Under the pieces are notes generated by a model. The model had not been told where the DNA came from, did no database searches, and saw only the letters and a program-made list of their open reading frames with translations. A stretch of 64,000 nt of DNA, from positions 1 through 64,000 of the forward strand of contig JBDKFG010000008.1 of assembly GCA_039798785.1 (NCBI GenBank), given 5' to 3'. Made by a program: the position numbers and the translations under genes. Below, one piece after another: positions 18,400 to 26,126 of the stretch. Positions within the stretch are counted from its first letter, which is position 1. Each line of letters starts with the position of its first letter. The DNA is from Verrucomicrobiota bacterium (GTDB lineage Bacteria; Verrucomicrobiota; Lentisphaeria; Lentisphaerales; Lentisphaeraceae).

Positions 18400-19267
18400 G
18401 CGGGTTCTCCTGGGGGTTGTGACCCGCCAAGCTAAGCGCAGGAGTGTCGGGCGCAAGGGCGGCTGACTCATTTCCGCGCCCCGTCAACATCCGGCGCAAG
18501 CGCTCCAGGGCCTTGCGTCCTTCGTCCGAGAGTTCGACCGACTCGGCGCTGACATAGGTGTGGATGTGCTGGTCGAGGACCTCGTCCGACAGCTCCTGGG
18601 CATGGCGCCGGATGAAGGCGGCCAGCTCCGGCTGCTCGCGCCAGGGACGGCTCCGCGCCAGGGCGACGCTGCGGCCGAGGGCGGCGCTGAATTCGCGTCG
18701 CAGCGAGACCGGGAGATCGCGGCGGGCGACGATGCAGCCCAAGGGGATGGGCAGGCCGGTCTCGGCCTCCCACCACTCCCCGAGATCGCGCACCAGGAGG
18801 AGACCGTGCTGGCGATAGGTGAAGCGCGACTCGTGGATGATCAGTCCCGCCTCGGCCTCCCCGGCGGCAAGGGCGGGCATGATCGCCGAGAATAGCTTTT
18901 CGCGAGGGCGGAACTGCAGCCCCAGGAAGCCCTGCAGGAGGACGAAGGCAGTGGTGCTGAAGCCGGGGACCAGGATCTCCCCTTCCGCCAGCTCGTCGGC
19001 GGAGTGCTGACGGCGCGCCACCAACAGGGGGCCGCAACCGCGCCCGAGGGCGGCGCCGGCGGCGAGGATCTCATGGGTCGCCTCGAGGCGGAGGGCCTCG
19101 GCGCAGGAGACCTTGGCGATCTCGACTTCTCCGGAAGCCGCCAGGCGGTTGAGCTCGGCAATGTCCGCCAGGCTCGGAGCCAGCCGGTCGCGCCACTCCG
19201 GATCTTGGAGAAGGCCATAAAACATATAGGTGTCGTTGGGGCAGGGCGAGAAGGCGAGGCGGAGCAT
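18383..19267 (-). CDS. mqnD: 1,4-dihydroxy-6-naphthoate synthase (futalosine menaquinone pathway)
   Basis: 'LAFSPCPNDTYMF', 'GAALGRGCGPLLV', 'LIIHESRFTY', 'DLGEWWEAETGLPIPLG', 'HIHTYV'. Confidence 0.93.
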   Translation of the reverse strand: MLRLAFSPCPNDTYMFYGLLQDPEWRDRLAPSLADIAELNRLAASGEVEIAKVSCAEALRLEATHEILAAGAALGRGCGPLLVARRQHSADELAEGEILVPGFSTTAFVLLQGFLGLQFRPREKLFSAIMPALAAGEAEAGLIIHESRFTYRQHGLLLVRDLGEWWEAETGLPIPLGCIVARRDLPVSLRREFSAALGRSVALARSRPWREQPELAAFIRRHAQELSDEVLDQHIHTYVSAESVELSDEGRKALERLRRMLTGRGNESAALAPDTPALSLAGHNPQENPHEPQS

Positions 19268-19334
19268 GGGGGGATCCAGAAAGGTTGATGGCTACCAATA
19301 CAGGCCGGAAGTTCACTCGGCTCAGGCGAAATCC

Positions 19335-19838
19335 TTATTCCGCCCCGGGGATTCCCGGGAACTTGAATTTCTCCAGGTCTTGATCCGCGGCGATGGCAAC
19401 CAGGACGACGACGATGATGACGAGAAGGAGGGCAAGGATCAAATAGCCGATGATCAGGCCGGCGAGAGCCAGTCCCTTGCCGGTGGGCGAATCTTCTCTC
19501 TTGGCGGATTTCAATCCGAGGTGGCCGCAGATGACGGCCGGAATGGCGAGGAGGCAGCAGCAGCCGCAGAAAAAGCCGCCGACAATCGCCAGGACGCCGC
19601 AAATCAGGGCGGCGATGCTTTGCGGGTGGGGCGGCGCTTCGGACGCCACAGGCGCAGCTGCGGCGAGATAGATCTCCAGAGCCTGTTCCTCACGAGGAGA
19701 GAACTGCACTTTAAGCCCCGTCGCCGGAGCCGATCCGTCCATCCAGGCGTCACCATCGAAGCGATACTGCCGGCCGTTTTCGGCGGCAATCACTCCCGTG
19801 TCGCTCTCGGCCACATAACTCAGGATGATTCCGCGCAT
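19335..19838 (-). CDS. Cold-shock-like beta domain plus DUF4190 membrane protein
   Basis: N-terminus 'MRGIILSY...GVIAAENGRQYRFDGDAW...GLKVQF...ALEIY'; C-terminus 'AALICGVLAI...IPAVICGHLGL...GKGLALAGLIIGY'. Confidence 0.8.
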   Translation of the reverse strand: MRGIILSYVAESDTGVIAAENGRQYRFDGDAWMDGSAPATGLKVQFSPREEQALEIYLAAAAPVASEAPPHPQSIAALICGVLAIVGGFFCGCCCLLAIPAVICGHLGLKSAKREDSPTGKGLALAGLIIGYLILALLLVIIVVVLVAIAADQDLEKFKFPGIPGAE

Positions 19839-19889
19839 GAAAAACTCCGATTTGAATTGGGCCCAGGTCGGCTGTTCTGACTGAATGGC

Positions 19890-20654
19890 TCAGGGCAGGC
19901 TGTCCCGGGGGCGCTCCTCGACATGGCCGTCGCCGAAGAGGACGTTGACTTTGTTGCTGACCTTGTGCGGCGTGGCATCCCAGATCAAGGGAACCGAAGG
20001 GGAATTGAGGGTCGACCATTCGGCTCCGGCGACATTCGGGTTCCAGACGTAAGTGGAGGAGCCATCTTGATGGGCCGCGGGACATTTCGTCATGAATTGA
20101 TCAAAGCCCCAATATTCCGCATCGACCCGGTCGACCAGACCGGCAGCCTCTTCGCCTGTCGGCATGTGAGTGGTGAGGCCGTCGGAGAAGCGAACCTGGA
20201 TGCAGATTCCCATTTGCTTGAGGTTGTTTTTGCATTTCGTCACGTTCGCCTTCTCCCGGACGGCGCCGAGGGCGGGCAGGAGCATGGCGGCGAGGATGCC
20301 GACGATGCAGATGAAGAAGATCGAGCAGTAGCCCATGATCACTGCGGCGAGGCATTTGCCGTGGCCGCCGAGGGTGCCGCCGGAGCGGCTGATGGCGGCG
20401 AGGCCGAGGTGGCCGAAGATGACGGCGACGATGCCGGTGAAGGGGCCGCAGAGGACCAGGCCGAGGATGCCGCAGACCAGCGCCAGGGTGGCCTTGGGGT
20501 ATTCCCCGGTGATCTCGACGCGCTCGGGGCGTCCGGGCCTGGGGATGCGGAGGGATTTCTGGCATTGCGGGCAGGTGATGCTGCCGCCGCATTCGGCTTC
20601 GTCGCAGACCAGGGGGTGCTGGCAGTGGCGGCAGTTGAATTCGAAGTCAGGCAT
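19890..20654 (-). CDS. Zinc-ribbon + DUF4190 + pilin-like H-X(n)-DG fusion protein, paralog A
   Basis: CRHC...CPQC; 'LALVCGILGL...GHLGLAAISRS...GKCLAAVIMGY'; 'ILAAMLLPALGAVREKANVTKCKNNLKQ'; 'HKVSNKVNVLFGDGHVE'. Confidence 0.88.
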   Translation of the reverse strand: MPDFEFNCRHCQHPLVCDEAECGGSITCPQCQKSLRIPRPGRPERVEITGEYPKATLALVCGILGLVLCGPFTGIVAVIFGHLGLAAISRSGGTLGGHGKCLAAVIMGYCSIFFICIVGILAAMLLPALGAVREKANVTKCKNNLKQMGICIQVRFSDGLTTHMPTGEEAAGLVDRVDAEYWGFDQFMTKCPAAHQDGSSTYVWNPNVAGAEWSTLNSPSVPLIWDATPHKVSNKVNVLFGDGHVEERPRDSLP

Positions 20655-20711
20655 GAGGATCTCTTGGGGTTTGGAATTGCGGTGGCTTGGGGGGATCAGA
20701 ACTGAGGAGTT

Positions 20712-21107
20712 TCAATTGCCCGCCGCGGTGACCAGCACGATGACGAGGCGGATCAGGATGAAGGCGAGGCCGATATATCCGAGGATCAGACCGGCCGTCG
20801 ACATGCCCTTGCCGGGATTCCCCTCCTGCTCCCTGGCGAACTTGCTGCCCAGGTGCCCGAGAACGATGGCCGGAACGGTGAGGAAACAGCAGCACAAGCT
20901 GAGTAGGCCGCAGGTCAGCGCCGCGACGGCATAAGGGTTGTTGGCATTCGGATAGGGAACGGCTTTTTCAGGCGGGGCGCGATTCTCCGAAGCCGGCGCA
21001 TAGGGGTCGTCGGAGACGGGAGCGGCTGGACTGGAGCTGACGCTGACCCGCTGGCGCAGGGGGACGAGGCAGGAGACGCAGTTCTTCTGGGACTCGGTTG
21101 GAAGGGA
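20712..21107 (-). pseudogene. DUF4190 reading frame without an upstream canonical start (pseudogene or non-canonically translated)
   Basis: Open from the codon right after the TAA of 21108..21872, in the same frame: SLPTESQKNCVSCLVPL...SDDPYAP...YAVAALTCGLLSLCCCFLTVPAIVLGHLG...AGLILGY. The first possible start is a TTG inside the domain (20897). Confidence 0.6.
20998..21098. repeat. 101-bp perfect direct repeat, copy 1 (copy 2 at 22196..22296)
   Basis: Base-by-base identical; period 1198 bp. Confidence 0.95.
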
Positions 21108-21872
21108 TTAGCGGACGCGGCTGGGATCGCATTCTTCGACGTGGCCGTCGCCGAAGAGGACATTGATCTTGCCGTTGACCTTGTGCGGCGAGGCGTCCCA
21201 GATCAAGGGGACGTCCGGAGAGTTGAGAGCCGACCACTCGGCGCCGGCGGCCTTGGTGTTCCAGACGTAGGTCGAAGCGCCGTCGCGATGCGCCGCCGGA
21301 CACTGGATCATCTGCTGGTCGAAGCCCCAATAGGCCGCGTCAACGCCGTCGACCACGCCCGAGGCCTCTTCGCCGCTCGGCATGTGGGTGGCGACACCGT
21401 CGGAAAAATAGCTCTGCATCGACAGGCCCATCATCTTGAGCTCGTTTTTGCATTTCGTCACGTTCGCCTTCTCCCGGACGCTGCCGAGGGCGGGCAGGAG
21501 CATGGCGGCGAGGATGCCGATGTAGGCGATCGAGAAGACGGCGGAGCAGTAGCCCATGATCAGGGCGGCGAGGCATTTGCCGTGGCCGGCCATGGCGCCG
21601 CCGGCGCGGCTGATCGCCGCCATGCCCATGTGGCCGTAGACGATGGCGACGATGCCGGTGAAGGGGCCGCAGCAGGTGACGCTGAGGATGCCGCAGACCA
21701 TCGCCAGGGTGGCCTTGGGATATTCCTCCATCATCTCCATCGCGGCGGCCTTGGCGCTGGGAATGCGGAGGGTTTTCTGGCACTGAGGGCAGGTGATGCT
21801 GCTGCCGCATTCGGCTTCATCGCAGATCAGGGGGTGCTGGCAGTGGCGGCAGTTGAATTCGAAGTCAGGCAT
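21108..21872 (-). CDS. Zinc-ribbon + DUF4190 + pilin-like H-X(n)-DG fusion protein, paralog B
   Basis: Start at MPDFEFNCRHC (21872); same length (254 aa) and architecture as 19890..20654. Confidence 0.88.
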   Translation of the reverse strand: MPDFEFNCRHCQHPLICDEAECGSSITCPQCQKTLRIPSAKAAAMEMMEEYPKATLAMVCGILSVTCCGPFTGIVAIVYGHMGMAAISRAGGAMAGHGKCLAALIMGYCSAVFSIAYIGILAAMLLPALGSVREKANVTKCKNELKMMGLSMQSYFSDGVATHMPSGEEASGVVDGVDAAYWGFDQQMIQCPAAHRDGASTYVWNTKAAGAEWSALNSPDVPLIWDASPHKVNGKINVLFGDGHVEECDPSRVR

Positions 21873-21903
21873 CGGGGGTCTCGGGGGGTTCGGGTGATGG
21901 GGT

Positions 21904-22296
21904 TCAAGCGGCGAGGGCGGCGATGAGGCCGAAAAGGAGGGTGCCCACCATGATGGAGAGGCCGATGTAGCCGAGAATGAGGCCGGCATAGGCGAGCGAC
22001 CGGCCTTCCTCGGTTTCCTGTTCGCGGGCGAATTTCAGGCCTTTGTGACCGAGGATGACCGCGGGAATCGAAAGCAGTCCGCAGCACAGGATGCCGAGGA
22101 TGCCGCAGATCAGCGACGGCAGGCCGTGGGGATTGGGCGGGCCGCTGTCGCGATAGCTGCGAGTCTGGGCGGGGGCGGGATTGCTGCTGCCGCGAGCATA
22201 GGGGTCGTCGGAGACGGGAGCGGCTGGACTGGAGCTGACGCTGACCCGCTGGCGCAGGGGGACGAGGCAGGAGACGCAGTTCTTCTGGGACTCGGT
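21904..22296 (-). pseudogene. Second DUF4190 reading frame without a nearby canonical start
   Basis: TESQKNCVSCLVPL...SDDPYARG...PHGLPSLICGILGILCCGLLSIPAVILGHKG...AGLILGYIG; overlaps the 3' end of the DUF2752 gene in the -1 frame. Confidence 0.6.
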
Positions 22297-22724
22297 GGGC
22301 GGAGGCTGTCGAGACAGCTGAAAGGAAGGTTGCGGATCAGGCCGAAGCCGAGAAAGAGGACCACGAAGGCGATCCAGGCGCGGCGCGGCCAGGGCAGGAC
22401 GAGGCAGCGCCCGGCGAGGGCGACGAAGCCGTTGTGGAGATGGAAGACGACCAGCAGGGGCATGATGGCGACGGCCAGCGGATTGTAGGCCCAGGCCTCG
22501 GCGAGGCGCCCGTGGAGGAGATGATGGGTGCCGCGGAGACCGCCGCAGCCCGGACATTCCAGGCCGGTGAGATTGTGGAAGAAACAAGGAGGAATGAAGG
22601 AGTAGTGAGTGGGAAACTGACGCCAGAGAAGCAGCAGGCCCAAAGTCCCGACAGCAAAAAGGAGGGCGGCCCCGAGGCGTTCGCCGTGGCTGCAGGAGCG
22701 GAAGGTGAGGGAAAATTTATTCAT
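22110..22724 (-). CDS. DUF2752 family membrane protein whose C-terminus runs on into the 101-bp repeat
   Basis: 'PPCFFHNLTGLECPGCGGLRGTHHLLHGRLAEAWAYNPL', 'FGLIRNLPF'; the tail after DSLRP is low-complexity off-frame sequence. Confidence 0.85.
   Translation of the reverse strand: MNKFSLTFRSCSHGERLGAALLFAVGTLGLLLLWRQFPTHYSFIPPCFFHNLTGLECPGCGGLRGTHHLLHGRLAEAWAYNPLAVAIMPLLVVFHLHNGFVALAGRCLVLPWPRRAWIAFVVLFLGFGLIRNLPFSCLDSLRPPSPRRTASPASSPCASGSASAPVQPLPSPTTPMLAAAAIPPPPRLAAIATAARPIPTACRR
22196..22296. repeat. 101-bp perfect direct repeat, copy 2
   Basis: Identical to 20998..21098. Confidence 0.95.
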
Positions 22725-22744
22725 GGTCTGAACTGGGAGAAGAC

Positions 22745-22773
22745 AGGATAAGCTGTCGCCGCGGGAAATGCAA
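22745..22773 (-). promoter_or_regulatory. Sigma70-type promoter for the DUF2752/DUF4190 cluster
   Basis: TTGCAT-N17-TATCCT on the minus strand. Confidence 0.6.
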
Positions 22774-22794
22774 GTTTCCGGCAAGTCGGGCACG

Positions 22795-22821
22795 AAAAAA
22801 CCCGCCCCGAAGCGGGGCGGG
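22795..22821 (-). terminator. Rho-independent terminator
   Basis: CCCGCCCCG / CGGGGCGGG 9-bp stem followed by TTTTTT on the minus strand, just after the stop at 22839. Confidence 0.85.
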
Positions 22822-22838
22822 CAGGCAGCCGGAAGGCT

Positions 22839-23504
22839 TCAGACCCGGGCGGCGAAGTAGTTGAGCGCCTTGTGGAACTGGATCAGCAGAAGGATGCCGA
22901 AGACCAGCTGCAGGATCGAAAGGACGGCCCCGATGATCGGGATCCAGCCGAGGAACATGCAGACCAGGCAGACAATCAGGTAGGTGCCGTTGATTTCCGG
23001 AGCGTCCTGCAGATCCTTTTCGGCGACCAGACGGGGATAGTGTTCGCGAATCTTCAGGACGAAGAGGATCATGCCGACGATGTTGACAAGAGGAATCAGA
23101 CAAAGCACGGTGCTGACCGTCGGGCTCATCGAAGGGGCACGATCATCGAGCTGCATGATGGAGGCCAGGCGATAGATCAACCGGACTTCATAGATAAGCA
23201 TGAAGATCAGCGGAATGAGAGCGACCAGCATGACTCCGACAAAGCCCATAAGCAGACCTTCAGGATTGCCCTGGCCCTGGCCGTTCTGCTGCTGCATGGC
23301 GGCACCGAGACCGACGACGATGAAGCCGGCCACCATGACGACGAAAGCGATCACCCCGGAAATGACAAAGGGAATCACCGGGCTGCCTTTGCGGATCGAA
23401 TCGAGATAAGGCTGGGCGTGGGCGGGAATGTCGATGCCGCCTTCCGAGCGGTTGACTGGGCTGGCACTGACGCGGCTGGCGCTGTAGGGGTTTTCTGCGT
23501 TCAT
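22839..23504 (-). CDS. Hypothetical multi-TM membrane protein with an 'NPY' N-terminus, paralog 1
   Basis: MNAENPYSAS...; shares 'YLDSIRKGSPVIP', 'IYRLxSxMQLDxRAPSMSPT' and 'LKxREHY' with 23592..24233. Confidence 0.85.
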   Translation of the reverse strand: MNAENPYSASRVSASPVNRSEGGIDIPAHAQPYLDSIRKGSPVIPFVISGVIAFVVMVAGFIVVGLGAAMQQQNGQGQGNPEGLLMGFVGVMLVALIPLIFMLIYEVRLIYRLASIMQLDDRAPSMSPTVSTVLCLIPLVNIVGMILFVLKIREHYPRLVAEKDLQDAPEINGTYLIVCLVCMFLGWIPIIGAVLSILQLVFGILLLIQFHKALNYFAARV

Positions 23505-23544
23505 GAGATTCCTTTCTTTGGTTTTTTAGCAAGGGCAGGCAGCC

Positions 23545-23573
23545 ATGATAGGCTGAATTCAGGGCAAATGCAA
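23545..23573 (-). promoter_or_regulatory. Sigma70-type promoter
   Basis: TTGCAT-N17-TATCAT on the minus strand, with the same upstream context (GCCGGAA(A)CTTGCATTT) as 22745..22773. Confidence 0.6.
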
Positions 23574-23591
23574 GTTCCGGCGACTGGCCGA

Positions 23592-24233
23592 TCAAAGCCG
23601 GACGGCGAAATAGTTCAGGGTCTTGTGGAATTTATAGAGCAGGATCAGGCTGCAGATCAAGCAGACCGGGAGGGCGAGGAGGTTGAGGAGCGGCACCATC
23701 GACAGGAAAGAGCAGACCAGCGTGATGATCAGCAGGCCGGCGCCGATCTGCGGGGCGTCGCGCAGGCCGTAGTTGTCGACGATGCGGGCGTAGTGTTCGC
23801 GAACCTTGAGGATGAAGAGGATCTGGCCGACGATGTTGATGATGGGAACGAAGAACAACACGGTCGACAGGGTCGGGCTCATCGAGGGAGCCCGTTCATC
23901 GAGCTGCATGACGCTGCTGAGGCGGTAAATCATCTTGATGGCGAAAATCAGGCCGAGAATCATCGGGCTGATGCCGATGAAGAAGGCCATGACCAACTGG
24001 CTCATCCGTTCCGCCTCGGTGCCCGAGGCGTTGGTGATGGCGAGGGCGAGGCCGCCGATGAGGAGGACGAAGCTGAGGATGTAGCAGATGATCAAAGGGA
24101 TCACCGGGCTGCCCTTGCGGATCGAGTCGAGATAGAGGTGGGCGTGGGAGGGGATGTCGACTTCGCCGTCGTTGTCGGCGGCTCGAGAGGCGCGGCTGGT
24201 TCGGGGAGCGGTGTAGATGTTGGCGCGGGACAT
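23592..24233 (-). CDS. Hypothetical multi-TM membrane protein, paralog 2
   Basis: Tandem paralog of 22839..23504; both end in 'FHKxLNYFA'. Confidence 0.85.
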   Translation of the reverse strand: MSRANIYTAPRTSRASRAADNDGEVDIPSHAHLYLDSIRKGSPVIPLIICYILSFVLLIGGLALAITNASGTEAERMSQLVMAFFIGISPMILGLIFAIKMIYRLSSVMQLDERAPSMSPTLSTVLFFVPIINIVGQILFILKVREHYARIVDNYGLRDAPQIGAGLLIITLVCSFLSMVPLLNLLALPVCLICSLILLYKFHKTLNYFAVRL

Positions 24234-24350
24234 GAGGAACCTTTGGTGATTTCAGGTGTGGTTTTGAGTTGAGGAGGCGGGCTTCAGCGAGAGTCAAGCC
24301 CTGCACAGCCTAAACCCGGAGAGAGACGAAAACAAGTTTTTTGAAAAAAA

Positions 24351-24379
24351 TTGCATTCGGCAAGTCGCGGCCTTATGGT
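24351..24379 (+). promoter_or_regulatory. Sigma70-type promoter of the RDD-MoxR operon
   Basis: TTGCAT-N17-TATGGT preceded by an A/T-rich UP-like tract. Confidence 0.6.
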
Positions 24380-24411
24380 AGGAGCTACGAGAAAAAAACT
24401 GCAGGAGCGGG

Positions 24412-25191
24412 ATGGAAGCGGCGAAACTAGACAGCGTGCTGGCGATCGAGACTCCGGAAGGGGTCGACATCTGTCTGACACCGGCACCTGTAGGCCTGCG
24501 CTGCCTCGCCTGGGTCATCGACTTCTGCATCAAGGTCCTGTTGGTCTGGCTGCTGGCGATCGGCGCCTCCCTGCTTGCGGTGATTTCCGAAAAGATGGCG
24601 CTGGCCGGCATTCTGCTGCTGATGTTTTTCATGGAATGGTTCTACGGGGCCTTCTGGGAGTCGCGTTTCGCGGCGACGCCGGGGAAGATGGCGGTCGGAC
24701 TGAAGGTGGTGTCGATCCGCGGGACCCCGATCACCCTGGAGCAGGCGATTGTCCGCAGCTTCCTCTGGCTGGTGGACTTTCTGCCCTTCTTCTACACCAC
24801 CGGCCTGGTCTCGATCCTCTTCACCCGCGGCCAGCGGCGTCTCGCCGACCTGGCGGCGGGAACGGTGGTGATCATGGCTCCCGAGAAGGTGGCCAAGCGC
24901 AGCCAGGTGAACTCGCAGGGCAGGCGCGGCCGCAAGCAGCCGGCGGTCACTCCCGTTCCGCCGCCCCTGCCTCTCTCCCCGGAGGAGAAGGCGCTGCTGG
25001 TCTCCTACTACCGCCGTTCTTCGCGTTACCACGAGCTCTACCGCCGCGAACTCGCCGAACTGCTCGCCCCCCTGCACGGCTTGAAAGGCAAGGAGGCCGA
25101 TGAACGCCTGCTCGCCTACGGAGCCTGGCTCAGCGGCGACGCCCAAGAAGCGCCGCCCACCCGGGTCGGCAGAAGCCAGGGAGCGAACTGA
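24412..25191 (+). CDS. RDD family membrane protein
   Basis: 'IETPEGV...APVGLRCLAWVIDF', 'TPGKMAVGLKVV', 'RRLADLAAGTVV'. Confidence 0.92.
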   Translation: MEAAKLDSVLAIETPEGVDICLTPAPVGLRCLAWVIDFCIKVLLVWLLAIGASLLAVISEKMALAGILLLMFFMEWFYGAFWESRFAATPGKMAVGLKVVSIRGTPITLEQAIVRSFLWLVDFLPFFYTTGLVSILFTRGQRRLADLAAGTVVIMAPEKVAKRSQVNSQGRRGRKQPAVTPVPPPLPLSPEEKALLVSYYRRSSRYHELYRRELAELLAPLHGLKGKEADERLLAYGAWLSGDAQEAPPTRVGRSQGAN

Positions 25192-26126
25192 TGTCCCGCC
25201 AACAGAATTTCGAACAATCCCGGGAAGGCGCCTGGCGCGAGATCGAGGAACTGGCGCGCAGCCAGAGCAAGTCGCCGGAGCTGCCCTCGATCTACCGCCG
25301 CATGGCCCGCCAGCTCACCTTGGCACGCCACCGCCATTACGACGAACGCCTGCAAGGCCGCCTCGGCCGCATGGTGGAATCCCTGCATAACCAGTTCTAC
25401 CGGCCGCGCAGCCAATTCTTCGCCCAGGCCCGGCGCTACCTCGCCGTCGACTTCCCCCGCGCCGTCCGCGAGGAGAAGCGCATCGTCGGCCTCGCCTGCC
25501 TGCTTATCTTCGGACCGATGGCGATCATGACCTGGCTCTTCTCGCAATACCCTGAACTGCACGACTACATCCTCGACTCCGCCACCCGGGCCCAGCTCGA
25601 CGAGTCCTGGAGCCAGGATCATGCACAGAATTTCGACGACCGCTTCGTCATGTGGGCGATGTACGTCAAGAACAACGTCGGCATCGACTTCCAGTGTTTC
25701 GCCACCGGGCTGCTCTTCGGCGTCGGCTCGGCCTTCTACCTGCTCTTCAACGGCATCTACATCGGGGCGGTGGCGGGCTATGTCACCTGGGCCGGCAACG
25801 GCGAGCGCTTCTGGGCCTTCGTCGCCGGCCACTCCGCTCCGGAATTGATGGCGGCGGCCCTCGCCGGCGCCGCCGGACTGCGCCTCGGCATGGGCTTGCT
25901 CCGTCCCGGCCAGCTGCCCAGGACGCAGGCGCTCCGGGAGTCGACCTCGCGGGCCTTGCGCCTGCTCTACGGCGCCGCCTTCATGACCTTCTGCGCCGCC
26001 TTCGTCGAAGCCTTCTGGTCGGGCTTCTTCCCCGATGCCCGCATGATGAAATACGTCGCCGGCGGCGCGATGTGGCTCTTCGTCCTGAGCTACCTCTACC
26101 TGGGAGGCCGCCGCCGTGAGACCTGA
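25191..26126 (+). CDS. SpoIIM-like (DUF95) membrane protein
   Basis: 'MYVKNNVGIDFQCFATGLLFGVG...LFNGIYIG', 'FVAGHSAPEL', 'AAFVEAFWS'. Confidence 0.9.
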   Translation: MSRQQNFEQSREGAWREIEELARSQSKSPELPSIYRRMARQLTLARHRHYDERLQGRLGRMVESLHNQFYRPRSQFFAQARRYLAVDFPRAVREEKRIVGLACLLIFGPMAIMTWLFSQYPELHDYILDSATRAQLDESWSQDHAQNFDDRFVMWAMYVKNNVGIDFQCFATGLLFGVGSAFYLLFNGIYIGAVAGYVTWAGNGERFWAFVAGHSAPELMAAALAGAAGLRLGMGLLRPGQLPRTQALRESTSRALRLLYGAAFMTFCAAFVEAFWSGFFPDARMMKYVAGGAMWLFVLSYLYLGGRRRET

